A stretch of DNA of 64,000 nt from Chloroflexota bacterium (GCA_005889345.1 VBFR01000183.1:1315-65314); one strand, 5' to 3'. Counted from the first letter of the stretch, positions 27,287 through 36,505 are shown. Made by a program: numbers and translations. Notes: generated from the letters alone by a model not told the origin.

Positions 27287-28710
27287 CGCGTCGTCAGAAA
27301 CCGCGTGATGGCCTCGGCGACGGCGTCGGGCCGATCGAGCGGTAGGAAGTGCCCACCGGGATCGATGATCTCAACCGTGCTTTCCCGAAGCTTGTGGTGG
27401 AGCGTTTCGGCCCAGCGCGGCTCGAGGAATGCATCGTTTGCTCCCCACAGGATTAACGTCGGCGTCTCGACCTCATCGATGTGCTTCGACCGGCTGGTTA
27501 GATCGCGGTTGTTGAGCGCCCGCGCCGCCCGCAGGTAGGCGCGCCGGCCGCCCAGGTCCTGGAAGGGTCGCGTCCACTCGTCAACCACCTCATCGTTGAC
27601 CCGACCGGGCGTCACCATCCCGGCCTCAAGGCCCTTGCGGAGCCCGCTGCGAAGATCGATGTTGACCATGATCTGATCCCACGCCGGCTCTTTCAGACGC
27701 GCGATGTCGGGGATTGGCCAGTTGTTGTCGACGATGCTGTCGATCAAGATGAGGCGGGCTACCCGCTGAGGTTCGTCGACGGCCATCAGTTGGGCGACAC
27801 CGCCGCCGATGTCGTGGCCCGCCACGGCCGCCTGGTGCACCCCGATCGTTTCCATGAAGGCCACCACATATCGGGCTTGTGCCGCGATTGAAAGATCGAC
27901 GTCCATGCGCTTGTCCGAGTCGCCGTAGCCGAGCAGGTCGGGCGCCAGCACCTCGAAGGTTGCGGACAGCGGCTCGATGACATCGCGCCAGAGATACGAG
28001 GAGCTCGGAATCCCGTGCAGCAAAACCAGCGGTGGACCCTGTCCCGTTCGGAGGTAGGCGATATCGCCCGCAAAGGTCCGGATCTTCCGTTTGCTGCGGG
28101 CGAGTGGCGCCATCCCGATGAGCTCGGTCGTCATTGGCGGCGATACCGTCGGCGTGGGCGCCCGCTCCAGGGCCGACGGCGGAGCGGCAAAGCGCGCGGG
28201 AGCTTGTGCAGTTGCCACGGCCGGTTCCTGCGGCGATGCCGGCAAGGCAGCATCGGTGGACGGCGCGACTCGCCGAGTGAGGATGACGTTTGTCGAGCTG
28301 GCGCGGGCGATCAGCTGGTTCTGCTGGTCGACGATCTCCGCCTCAGCCACTGCGATCTGCTGCCCGCGATGCACGACGCGGCCTATCGAGCGCAGCATGC
28401 CGGAATCGGCGGTCACGGCCTTGAGGAAATTGACGTGAAGCTCCGCGGTCGTGAAGTTCTCTCCCGGGAGAAGCGTGCTGAACACCGCGAACCCCATGGC
28501 GCTGTCGGCGAGTGACGCGAGCGCGCCCCCGTGAACGACGTTGTTCGGGTTGTACAACTCGGTGGTCGCCGGCATCTCGAAGGTCGCGCCGCCATCGGAG
28601 ACGGCGATGAAGCGCATGCGCAGGAGGCGAACGTAGGGCGGAGGGGGCGCAGCTCCACGCAGCGCGGCCTCGAGCAATTCGCGACCTGACATCTCTGCCG
28701 GGTCCGACAT
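27283..28710 (-). CDS. PaaI hotdog thioesterase fused to an alpha/beta hydrolase (Asp nucleophile)
   Basis: NPNNVVHGGALASLADSAMG; LLHGIP, DLLGYGDS, GHDIGG, GHF. Confidence 0.85.
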   Translation of the reverse strand: MSDPAEMSGRELLEAALRGAAPPPPYVRLLRMRFIAVSDGGATFEMPATTELYNPNNVVHGGALASLADSAMGFAVFSTLLPGENFTTAELHVNFLKAVTADSGMLRSIGRVVHRGQQIAVAEAEIVDQQNQLIARASSTNVILTRRVAPSTDAALPASPQEPAVATAQAPARFAAPPSALERAPTPTVSPPMTTELIGMAPLARSKRKIRTFAGDIAYLRTGQGPPLVLLHGIPSSSYLWRDVIEPLSATFEVLAPDLLGYGDSDKRMDVDLSIAAQARYVVAFMETIGVHQAAVAGHDIGGGVAQLMAVDEPQRVARLILIDSIVDNNWPIPDIARLKEPAWDQIMVNIDLRSGLRKGLEAGMVTPGRVNDEVVDEWTRPFQDLGGRRAYLRAARALNNRDLTSRSKHIDEVETPTLILWGANDAFLEPRWAETLHHKLRESTVEIIDPGGHFLPLDRPDAVAEAITRFLTTR

Positions 28711-28769
28711 TGCCCGCATTGTAGGCCCGACCTGGACGGAGCAACCATTTCGCTGGTTACGGTCCTTTG

Positions 28770-28796
28770 GTAACGGTCATGTCACGAGCGTGTGAT
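28770..28796 (+). promoter_or_regulatory. GTnAC-N6 direct repeats (OmpR-family-type box)
   Basis: GTAAC-N6-GTCAC-N6-GTGAT, 11-bp period, upstream of the LysM-CHAP gene. Confidence 0.4.
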
Positions 28797-28895
28797 AGCT
28801 CGTCGCCCCGCTGCAAGCCACAGCGTGCCTAAGCAGTTTGTCCTGTGTAGGCCGCAATGGAGCGGCCAGTAGGGAAGGGGTAAGGGGGACGTCCG

Positions 28896-29855
28896 CTGAA
28901 GTACGCTGCGCCGCGCTTTGCAACACACTCAGCCGTACTGCTCATGGCAGCTGCGATGCCCTGGGTCGTGTTCCACGTCCCGGTCGGCGCCGCGCCAGCC
29001 CTCGCCGGTGGCACGGGGCCAGGTACGGCACTCGCCCAGGCGCCCTTTGGCCGCGCGGTCGATGGCATCGGGTGGTCGATAAGTGGCTCGCTGATCGTCC
29101 CCGCGCTGCCCGCGACGCCGCCGGCGGAGAAGCACCGCGAGATCATTCAGTACACCGCGGCCGACGGCGACACGCTCCGGGCGCTCGCGTCAAAGTACGG
29201 GCTATCCGTGAACACGCTGCTCTGGTCCAACCCCAAGCTGGTCGATCATCTGACCGCGGGTCAGGAGGTCGTCATTCCGCCCGTCGATGGCGTGCTCGTC
29301 AAGGTCAGCGCGAGTGACACCCTCGCCTCGCTCGCGCAGAAATACCGTGCGGAGTCGGACGCGATCATCGAGTTCAACCTGCTCCGTCATCCGGAGATGC
29401 TGCCGGTCAACGAGTACCTGATGCTGCCCTACGGCGTTGGTCCCGAGCCGGCATCGGTTCCGCAACCCAACCCGCAGACGGTGACCGCCGGCAAACGCTC
29501 CTGGTACGTCACGCCGGTGTACTCCTCAGGCGGCGCGAGCTATCCCTTCGGACAGTGCACCTGGTATGTCAACACCCGACGGCCGGCGCCCTGGGGTGGC
29601 AATGCCTGGCAGTGGTTCGGGCGGGCGCGCGCCTACGGCCGGCCCGAAGGTCCGACGCCGCGCGTGGGCGCCATCATGGTCACCTGGGAGTCACCCTACT
29701 GGGGCCACGTCGCCTACGTGGAGCAGGTCTACGCCGATGGCAGTTGGCTCGTCTCAGAGATGAACTACGCCAGCCCGACCGGCGGTGGCTGGGGCCGGGT
29801 CAGCTACCGGCACGTGATCCCAGGCACGATTCCGATCATCGGCTTCATCTACTAA
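28896..29855 (+). CDS. LysM-LysM-CHAP peptidoglycan hydrolase; probable CTG start
   Basis: Two LysM domains (GDTL.ALA.KYG, SDTL.SLA.KY); CHAP GQCTWYV, GNA.QW, GHVAYVE, SEMNY; RBS AAGGGGGA before CTG 28896. Confidence 0.9.
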   Translation: MKYAAPRFATHSAVLLMAAAMPWVVFHVPVGAAPALAGGTGPGTALAQAPFGRAVDGIGWSISGSLIVPALPATPPAEKHREIIQYTAADGDTLRALASKYGLSVNTLLWSNPKLVDHLTAGQEVVIPPVDGVLVKVSASDTLASLAQKYRAESDAIIEFNLLRHPEMLPVNEYLMLPYGVGPEPASVPQPNPQTVTAGKRSWYVTPVYSSGGASYPFGQCTWYVNTRRPAPWGGNAWQWFGRARAYGRPEGPTPRVGAIMVTWESPYWGHVAYVEQVYADGSWLVSEMNYASPTGGGWGRVSYRHVIPGTIPIIGFIY

Positions 29856-29858
29856 ATT

Positions 29859-29950
29859 CCCTCTCCCGCTTACGGGGCGGGCCGTCGGCCCACGCGAGCG
29901 GCGCTTCAGTGCCATGCGAGCGTTTGAGACGTTCGGGTCAGGGTGGGGGC
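29859..29950 (+). repeat. REP-like repeat, composite copy 1
   Basis: CCCTCTCCCGCTTACGGGG...GGGTCAGGGTGGGGG with an internal module shared with 47494-47640. Confidence 0.75.
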
Positions 29951-31288
29951 TTCCGCTTCGAGCAGCCGGCCGACGGCCAGCACGCGCGCCTCGTCATTCC
30001 ATTGCCCGACGACCTGCACGCCGATTGGCAGGCCGGCCGTCGCGCCAAAGGGGACCGATAGCGCCGGCAGGCCGGTCAGGTTGAAGGGCGCGGTGAGCCG
30101 CACCAGCGCGCCATCGACGGGCTCCTCCCCGGAACGCCAGTGCACCGTGCGCTCGCCGATAACGGGCGCCGCGATCGGGGTGCTGGGCAGCAGCAGGACA
30201 TCGATGTCGTGAAAAACGTCGCTCATGGCGGCCCGAATCCGGGCGCGCATGCGCTGCGCCAGCACGTAGTCGGCCCCGGCCACGAGCGAGCCCAGCTGGA
30301 GCCTGGTGCGGACGTCGACCCCGTAGGCGCGTGGTCGGGCGCGAATCCAGCGGGTATGGAGCGCGCTCGCCTCGGCGCGGAGCGTCACGAGCTGGGTCGC
30401 GACCGTCCACTGCAGGTCGGGAATCACGACCACGCGGACCCGCAACCCGCGCCGCCGCAAGGCCCGCGCCGCCGCGTCAAGCTGGCGCGAGACCGCCGGC
30501 TGAACGTTGTCGACAATCGATCCCTGCAGCATGCCAACCCGCAGTCCGCGCGTCGACGCGCGGCGGGACTTGCGCCCCGCATCCCCGCCCGAGAGGACAT
30601 CGAGCAGCACGCCGGCGTCCTCGACCGTCCGGGCCAGCGGACCCGCATGGTCGAGCGACCACCCCAGCGGGAATGTCCCATTCAGCGGGATCGCACCGAA
30701 CGTCGGCTTGAGGCCCACGCAGCCGCAGAGCGACGCGGGCACGCGAATCGATCCGCCGGTGTCAGAGCCGAGGGCGCCGGCGCACAGTCCGGCCACGACG
30801 GCGATCGCCGAGCCACCGCTGGAACCGCCTGGGCTGCGGCGGGGATCGTGGGGATTCCGAGCGATGCCCCACCACGGGTTGGCGGTGCTGACCCCGTAGG
30901 CGAATTCGTGGAGATTGGTCTTGCCGAAGACGATGGCGCCCGCCGCCCGCAACCGGGCGACGGCCGCGGCGTCGCTCCTCGGGACCCAGTCCTTGAGGAT
31001 GCGCGACCCGACGGTGGTCCGGAGCGCCCGCGTCGCGAAGAGGTCCTTTACCGCGATCGGCACGCCGAGCAAGGCGCCGCGCTCGCCCCGCGCGAGTCGC
31101 CGCTCAGCCCGCTGTGCGTCCCGCCGAGTCCGCCCGTCGGGCGGGGTGATGAAGGCGCGCAGCCCGGTGGTTGCCTCGATGCGCTGGATGTAGGCGTCCA
31201 CCAGCTCGACCGGCGACAGCCGCCGGCGGTGGAGCGCGGTTGCGATCTGGACCAGGGGTGCTGCTGCGAGCAGGTCAGGGGAGGCCAT
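29906..31288 (-). CDS. Amidase signature family protein (GatA/AtzE-like)
   Basis: GVPIAVKD, GKTNLHEFA, GGSSGGS, GSDTGGSIRVPAS. Confidence 0.92.
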   Translation of the reverse strand: MASPDLLAAAPLVQIATALHRRRLSPVELVDAYIQRIEATTGLRAFITPPDGRTRRDAQRAERRLARGERGALLGVPIAVKDLFATRALRTTVGSRILKDWVPRSDAAAVARLRAAGAIVFGKTNLHEFAYGVSTANPWWGIARNPHDPRRSPGGSSGGSAIAVVAGLCAGALGSDTGGSIRVPASLCGCVGLKPTFGAIPLNGTFPLGWSLDHAGPLARTVEDAGVLLDVLSGGDAGRKSRRASTRGLRVGMLQGSIVDNVQPAVSRQLDAAARALRRRGLRVRVVVIPDLQWTVATQLVTLRAEASALHTRWIRARPRAYGVDVRTRLQLGSLVAGADYVLAQRMRARIRAAMSDVFHDIDVLLLPSTPIAAPVIGERTVHWRSGEEPVDGALVRLTAPFNLTGLPALSVPFGATAGLPIGVQVVGQWNDEARVLAVGRLLEAEAPTLTRTSQTLAWH

Positions 31289-31442
31289 CCGTATCCTCGG
31301 GCGCTACCGCGGCCCTCAGCTGTTCGACCAGCGCCAGGTACCTCTTCCATGCGGGCAGCAGTGCCACCACGTCGGCCGCGCTCAGCCGAAGCCCGGCGGC
31401 CCGAGCGGCGGCGGTCAGTTGTTGCCTCTGCGTCACCGGCAC
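31275..31442 (-). CDS. Small helical protein (55 aa), possible GatC/AtzG-like amidase partner
   Basis: MPVTQRQQLTAAARAAGLRLSAADVVALLPAWKRYLALVEQLRAAV...; stop overlaps amidase start; shorter than any ORF in the track. Confidence 0.55.
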   Translation of the reverse strand: MPVTQRQQLTAAARAAGLRLSAADVVALLPAWKRYLALVEQLRAAVAPEDTDGLP

Positions 31443-31625
31443 AGTATGCAACCCGCCGCGGCGGGCCCGTGATCGGCTCCATCACCACTTGCGAGTGCGA
31501 AATGGTTTGACAAGAGCGATTCTTCCGCCCTATTCTGCGACTGCCGCCAACCGGCTCTTGGGGAGGCGTTGGATGGCGGTGGCGCTGCCGTTCATCTAAT
31601 TTTCATTGCTGAGGAGCCCCAGAAA

Positions 31626-33050
31626 ATGCTGCTTGTGGAAGTCCGCCGCCTCGATATCGCCCCCAACACCGACCAGTTCTGGACCATCGTTTCCCGCATC
31701 AACGGCCCTGAGTTCATGGGCGTTCTCTACCGGGCGCGCGAGGCGATCTTCGACAGCGCCGGGATCAGTTTCACCATCGACCTGCTGAACAAGTTCCTGC
31801 AATTCGACGTCACCAAGAGCTGGTCGTCGGCCGACGAAGGCGAGCTCTTCATGGGTCAGGCGCCGGTCGTCGGCTGGCTGCGTGTCCGTCGGCCGGGCTC
31901 GGCCACCTTGCGCGAGCTCCGCTCCGACGACGTCCACTTCATGGAGCTCGAGCACGCTTCCAAGCCAGCCTTCATCGAAGTCGGCGTCGCCTATCGCGCC
32001 GGGACCGAGAAGATCCGGACCGACTTCCTCAAGCGAGTCCGCACGGCAGCCCAGGAAGCCCTCGGCCAGGAAGTGGGCACACCCTCCTCGTGGCCCGTCC
32101 TGGCTCCGGTCGGCAGCCACAACTTCGACGCGATCCGCAAGTCCCGCCAGTCGATCAACGAGGTCAGCGCCGAAGAAAACCAGGCGATGGGCGCCTTCGC
32201 CTCGCCGGAGATTCGCGCGCTGATCCGGGATCTCGAGCGCGTCGGCTCGCTCACCGTTTCCGACCTCCCCAAGGTCCTCGGCGAAGCGCAGGGTACGGCG
32301 GTGGCCGGCCGCCTCGGGGAGCTCCGCAGTCTCGGCCTGATCCAGTCGGAGTACGTGATCGTGTGCTCCCGGACGGGCAATGCCGTGTTGCGCACCGACG
32401 ATCCCAACAAGCTGCAGAAGATGGCACCGGACTGGATGAAGTGCGCCTGCGGGCGTCCGCTGAACGAAGAGCGGGTGGACCAGGTGATCATGCCGACCGA
32501 CCGGGCCACCGCCCTCAACGACAAGGGCCGCTGGATGACGACCCTGGCGACCGCCATCCTCCCCAAGCTCGGCATCAGCCGCGAGCAGGTCATCATCGAT
32601 TCCAGCCCGGCGGGCACCGACATCGTGCTCGATTTGAGCGGTGACCTCGTCCTCGTGGTGCTCAAGGACCGTGAGTTCAACCTGGCGGATGCGTATGCCT
32701 TCAACGCGAAAGTCTCCCGCATCAAGGCCGCCGAGGGCGTGATCGTCAGCAATGAGGGTCTCTCCGGCGATGCGAAGAAGCTCGTCCAGGAAGAGCTCGG
32801 TCCGCAGCGCGCGCGGATTACGGACCCGTTCCGCATTTCGTTCGTGGAAGGCGTGCAGGGCCTGGAGCACGAGCTGGGCCGCGTCGTGGAGCGACGTCGC
32901 CGGCAATACTTCCTGCGGGCGCTCGGCGATCTGGCCACCATCCAGGGGCTGAACATCGGGCAACTGGCGCTGGCCAAGGTTGAAGCCGGCGGCCGCGCCG
33001 GCAAAGAGGGCGTGGTCGTTGCGGCCGAGGCCGTCGCCGCCGAAGCCTAG
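31626..33050 (+). CDS. Hypothetical protein: winged helix-like, Zn-ribbon-like and degenerate PD-(D/E)xK-like domain
   Basis: RBS GAGGAG; CSRTG...CACG; TDIVLDLSGDLVLVVLKD. Confidence 0.7.
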   Translation: MLLVEVRRLDIAPNTDQFWTIVSRINGPEFMGVLYRAREAIFDSAGISFTIDLLNKFLQFDVTKSWSSADEGELFMGQAPVVGWLRVRRPGSATLRELRSDDVHFMELEHASKPAFIEVGVAYRAGTEKIRTDFLKRVRTAAQEALGQEVGTPSSWPVLAPVGSHNFDAIRKSRQSINEVSAEENQAMGAFASPEIRALIRDLERVGSLTVSDLPKVLGEAQGTAVAGRLGELRSLGLIQSEYVIVCSRTGNAVLRTDDPNKLQKMAPDWMKCACGRPLNEERVDQVIMPTDRATALNDKGRWMTTLATAILPKLGISREQVIIDSSPAGTDIVLDLSGDLVLVVLKDREFNLADAYAFNAKVSRIKAAEGVIVSNEGLSGDAKKLVQEELGPQRARITDPFRISFVEGVQGLEHELGRVVERRRRQYFLRALGDLATIQGLNIGQLALAKVEAGGRAGKEGVVVAAEAVAAEA

Positions 33051-33062
33051 TTACGCAGCGTC

Positions 33063-33098
33063 AAACGCGCCGTGGCATCGTCCGGCCACGGCGCGTTT
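33063..33098 (+). terminator. Intrinsic terminator hairpin
   Basis: AAACGCGCCGTGGC-N8-GCCACGGCGCGTTT, perfect 14-bp stem just after the stop. Confidence 0.75.
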
Positions 33099-33167
33099 AC
33101 ATTTCTGTCCTGACTAAACTTCGCGTTCACCCGGGAATAGTGCAACGCGGTCGCGTACTGTACGTGT

Positions 33168-33359
33168 ATGCGTATCGGCAGCTTGGTTCTTGGCGTGATT
33201 GCGATCTTTGCCGGTGGCGTCTGGATCTTGCAAGGCGCGGGCGTGCTGCCGGGCAGTTTCATGACGGGCCAGCGGATGTGGCTCGTCATCGGCATCATCG
33301 TCGCGATCGTCGGAGTGGCGCTGGCCTACAACGCGATCCGCCGGCCTGCCCGGCCCTAG
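33168..33359 (+). CDS. Small two-TM membrane protein
   Basis: GGVWILQG.G.LPGSFMTG..MW; leaderless TACTGT-N6-ATG. Confidence 0.75.
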   Translation: MRIGSLVLGVIAIFAGGVWILQGAGVLPGSFMTGQRMWLVIGIIVAIVGVALAYNAIRRPARP

Positions 33360-33363
33360 CCGC

Positions 33364-34791
33364 TTGGTCCGTCAGCGCCCGCTAATCGTCGGCTTGAGTG
33401 CCGGCACGCTGGCGCTCGGGGCGGACTACCTGGCGCACGCGGTGTTCGGGATCCCCCTGCTCCCGGAGCAGGCGGGCTACATCTTGCTGAAGCTGCTGCC
33501 CCTGTCGACGTTTGCGAGCTTGCTGAAGGCGCTCGGCGTTCTCGCCCGGCCGCTACTGCTCGTGGGCGCAACCGTGGTGATTATCGCGGCCTACGGTGCG
33601 GCCTCGATGCTGACGGCCCGAGTGTTCCCGCGCGGCTACGTGCTGGTCCTCACCGGGCTGGCGGCGTTGGTCAGCGCCATCGTCGCGATCGTTGCCTTCT
33701 CGCCGAGTGATTCATGGCCCGGGGCGGTGGTCGAAATCGTGTTGCTCGCCGGAATGGTTGCGTTGGTCGATCGTGCTGTCCGCGGGCTGGCCACCGCCGG
33801 TCCGGTCAACGAAGACCGCCGAATCGTGATGCGCAACATCTTTTATGGTGCGGTCGGCATCGCCCTGCTGGGCATCGGCTACGCGAACGTCCGGCGTTTC
33901 GCCACGGCGCTGGCCATGAAGGAGGGCAGCCGCACGCCGACCGAAATCACGCCGGTCAGCGATTTCTATGTCGTCTCCAAGAACATTAGCGGGGACCCGG
34001 TGGTCGATGCCTCGACCTGGCGTCTCAACCTGCCCGGCCGGTCGCTCACCTACGCGGAGTTGCTCGCCTTGCCGTCGCACCAGTTGGAGCTGACGCTGGA
34101 GTGCATTAGCAACGAGATTGGCGGGACGTTGATCAGCAATGGCAGCTGGAAGGGGCCGCGGGTGAGCGATGTGCTGGCGCTGACCTCGGTGCCGTCGAAT
34201 GCAACCTGGATGTTGATGGAAAGCGCCGACGGCTATACCGAGAGCTTTCAATTGCGCGATCTGACACCGGATCATCTGCTCGCCACCCATCTCAACGGCT
34301 CGGCCCTGTCCTCGATGCACGGCTTCCCGGCGCGCTTCATCTTTCCTGGCCGCTACGGCATGAAGCAGCCAAAGTGGGTCACGCGCGTCGGTTTTTCCGC
34401 GAGCGATAAGCCCGGCTATTGGGAAAACAACGGCTGGGATGAACGAGCGATCGTCAAGACGATGTCACGCATCGACCGGCCCACGGATGGTGCCGCTCTG
34501 GCGGCTGGAGCGATCCAGTTCGGCGGCATCGCCTTCGCCGGCTCCCGCCGGATCAGCGGCGTGGAGCTGAGTTGGGATGGTGGCCGCTCCTGGCAGCCCG
34601 CCGACCTGCAGCCTGAGTTCTCCCCGTACGCGTGGCGCTTCTGGCAGCTCAGCACCAGCATCGCCGCCGGACATTACAACGTCAAAGTGCGGGCCCGCGA
34701 CGGTGAGGGAACCTTACAGACGTCGAAGTCGGCGGCGACCCTGCCCAACGGGGCGGACGGCTACCACAGCATCACGCTCGATCTCGCGTAA
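33364..34791 (+). CDS. Membrane-anchored molybdopterin oxidoreductase, sulfite oxidase family
   Basis: N-terminal TMs; LECISN, HGFPAR, YGMKQPKW, GYWE..GW; C-terminal Ig dimerisation domain. Confidence 0.9.
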   Translation: MVRQRPLIVGLSAGTLALGADYLAHAVFGIPLLPEQAGYILLKLLPLSTFASLLKALGVLARPLLLVGATVVIIAAYGAASMLTARVFPRGYVLVLTGLAALVSAIVAIVAFSPSDSWPGAVVEIVLLAGMVALVDRAVRGLATAGPVNEDRRIVMRNIFYGAVGIALLGIGYANVRRFATALAMKEGSRTPTEITPVSDFYVVSKNISGDPVVDASTWRLNLPGRSLTYAELLALPSHQLELTLECISNEIGGTLISNGSWKGPRVSDVLALTSVPSNATWMLMESADGYTESFQLRDLTPDHLLATHLNGSALSSMHGFPARFIFPGRYGMKQPKWVTRVGFSASDKPGYWENNGWDERAIVKTMSRIDRPTDGAALAAGAIQFGGIAFAGSRRISGVELSWDGGRSWQPADLQPEFSPYAWRFWQLSTSIAAGHYNVKVRARDGEGTLQTSKSAATLPNGADGYHSITLDLA

Positions 34792-34793
34792 CG

Positions 34794-34822
34794 TTCTCAG
34801 AGCCTTCTCAGGATGCCTTCAG
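34794..34822 (+). promoter_or_regulatory. TTCTCAG direct repeats with 11-bp period (response-regulator-type box)
   Basis: TTCTCAG 34794, TTCTCAG 34805, CCTTCAG 34816. Confidence 0.5.
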
Positions 34823-34908
34823 CCACGTGGCGCGGGCGCCCGTCTACCGTAAGGTTGAGGTCGCCGGATTCCATGAGCCAACGCGTTGTAACTGGCAGGG
34901 AGAGGAAC

Positions 34909-35082
34909 ATGTCCTCGAACGCGACGCTGAGGTGGGCGTCGGTGCTGGGCACGCTGTTGCTGGCCTTGCTCTCAGGTGGTGTCGTCGCCACGTCACCCAA
35001 ACCTGCACAGGCGCCACTGCATCCGGCGGTAACCGTGCTGCCCAGTGATGCTGCGGTCCACAGTGAAAGCCATGTCTCCTGA
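34909..35082 (+). CDS. Small exported peptide (57 aa)
   Basis: RBS GGAGAGGA; hydrophobic N-terminus; overlaps the apbE start. Confidence 0.5.
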   Translation: MSSNATLRWASVLGTLLLALLSGGVVATSPKPAQAPLHPAVTVLPSDAAVHSESHVS

Positions 35083-35950
35083 ACTGACGACCCGCCACTT
35101 CGACGCGCTTGGCTCCACGTGCGAGTTGCTGAGTGTCGAGAGCGGGCCGGCCGCGCTCGAACGTTGTGAACAAAGGATTCGTGACGCGGAGGCCCGCTTC
35201 ACCCGTTTCCTTCGTGATAGCGAGCTGGCCGGACTGAATGCGAGCGACGGCCGCTACGTGCCGGTGAGCCCGGAAATGTTTGCCATGCTGGAGGCGGCGC
35301 TGTGGGCGTACGAGGAAAGCGAAGGGCTCGTCAACGCCGCGGTGCTCCCGGCGCTGCTGGCGGCCGGGTACGATCGCCCCTTCCGGCAAGGTCTGTCGGA
35401 GCCGTCCTGCCTTTACCCGACGCAATTGCCACCGCTTCCCGATGTGCTTCTTCTGGACCAGGTCACGCGCTCGGCGGCGCTCGCTCCAGGGGCTTCGCTC
35501 GACCTGGGTGGAATCGCGAAGGGCGCGCTGGCCGACCTTCTGATCGATGAGCTCGGTGAGAATGCGGTCTGCAATCTCGGCGGCGATCTCCGCCTGCGCG
35601 GCGCCGGTCCCGAAGGGGACGGCTGGCATATCGGACTCTGCGATGGCACGCTCGTCGCGCTGCGCGACGGTGCCGTCTGCACCAGCGGCATCAGCAAGCG
35701 GCGCTGGGGGCACTCGATGCATCACCTGATCGATCCGCGCACCGGGATGCCGGCGAAGACCGACCTTGCGGAAGTCTCCGTCGTCACGGACAGTGCCTTG
35801 CGGGGTGAGGTCTACGCCAAGAGTGCGATTCTCCTGGGAGCAGCGATGGGCATCGCCTTCCTCGAAGCCCGCGGCGTGCTCTACACCGTCGTGCCGGCCG
35901 AAGGGGTGGCTGCCGGCGCCGGCCCAAGTGAGCTTCCGGCGGCGGCGTGA
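35072..35950 (+). CDS. apbE: FAD:protein FMN transferase, ApbE family
   Basis: ALGS, SEL..LN, LDLGGIAKG, NLGGD, CTSG, HHLIDPRTG. Confidence 0.9.
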   Translation: MSPELTTRHFDALGSTCELLSVESGPAALERCEQRIRDAEARFTRFLRDSELAGLNASDGRYVPVSPEMFAMLEAALWAYEESEGLVNAAVLPALLAAGYDRPFRQGLSEPSCLYPTQLPPLPDVLLLDQVTRSAALAPGASLDLGGIAKGALADLLIDELGENAVCNLGGDLRLRGAGPEGDGWHIGLCDGTLVALRDGAVCTSGISKRRWGHSMHHLIDPRTGMPAKTDLAEVSVVTDSALRGEVYAKSAILLGAAMGIAFLEARGVLYTVVPAEGVAAGAGPSELPAAA

Positions 35951-36492
35951 CGCTTGACCAGCTGCTCTGGCTGACCTCGCGCGCGGCGGCCCTGACCGCC
36001 TTCTTCGTTCTCGCGGCCGCCCTGGTGACCGGCCAGGCGCTGCGCAGCGCCATGTTCGAGGGAGCGATGCGCAATCGCGACCTGTCGAATCTGCACCGCT
36101 TCCTTACCGTCTGCTGGGTGCCGTTCGTCGGCCTGCACGTGCTGGCGATGACACTCGACGCCGTCGCACGGATCAGCCCGATCGACCTCGTGATCCCCTT
36201 CCATGTCTCGTATGCCTCACTGGCGATCGGCTTCGGCACCATTGGATTCGATCTCCTGCTGATCGTGACCGTCACCGGCTACTTGAGGCGGCACCTCGAC
36301 CCCCTCGCCTGGCGCTGGCTCCACCGGCTCTCCTATCCGATGTTCGGCGCGTTTGCGCTCCATGCCCTGCTGTCCGGGACCGACTTCGCGCGCCCGCTCG
36401 TGCTCGCGCCGGCCGCCGGCGTGGTCGCCTTCATCATCATCGTGAGCCTGGCGCGCCTCGCCTTCGGGCGGATGGAAACGACACAGCGCTAG
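35947..36492 (+). CDS. Ferric reductase-like / MsrQ-like heme-b membrane protein
   Basis: LHRFL, LHV, WRWLHRLSY, LHALLSGTD. Confidence 0.8.
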   Translation: MTLDQLLWLTSRAAALTAFFVLAAALVTGQALRSAMFEGAMRNRDLSNLHRFLTVCWVPFVGLHVLAMTLDAVARISPIDLVIPFHVSYASLAIGFGTIGFDLLLIVTVTGYLRRHLDPLAWRWLHRLSYPMFGAFALHALLSGTDFARPLVLAPAAGVVAFIIIVSLARLAFGRMETTQR

Positions 36493-36505
36493 ACTCGTCG
36501 GCACC

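Noticed and set aside
28800..28895. c-di-AMP (ydaO) riboswitch ahead of LysM-CHAP
   Set aside because: Conserved GCTGAATCC and GGGGGAxCC elements not found
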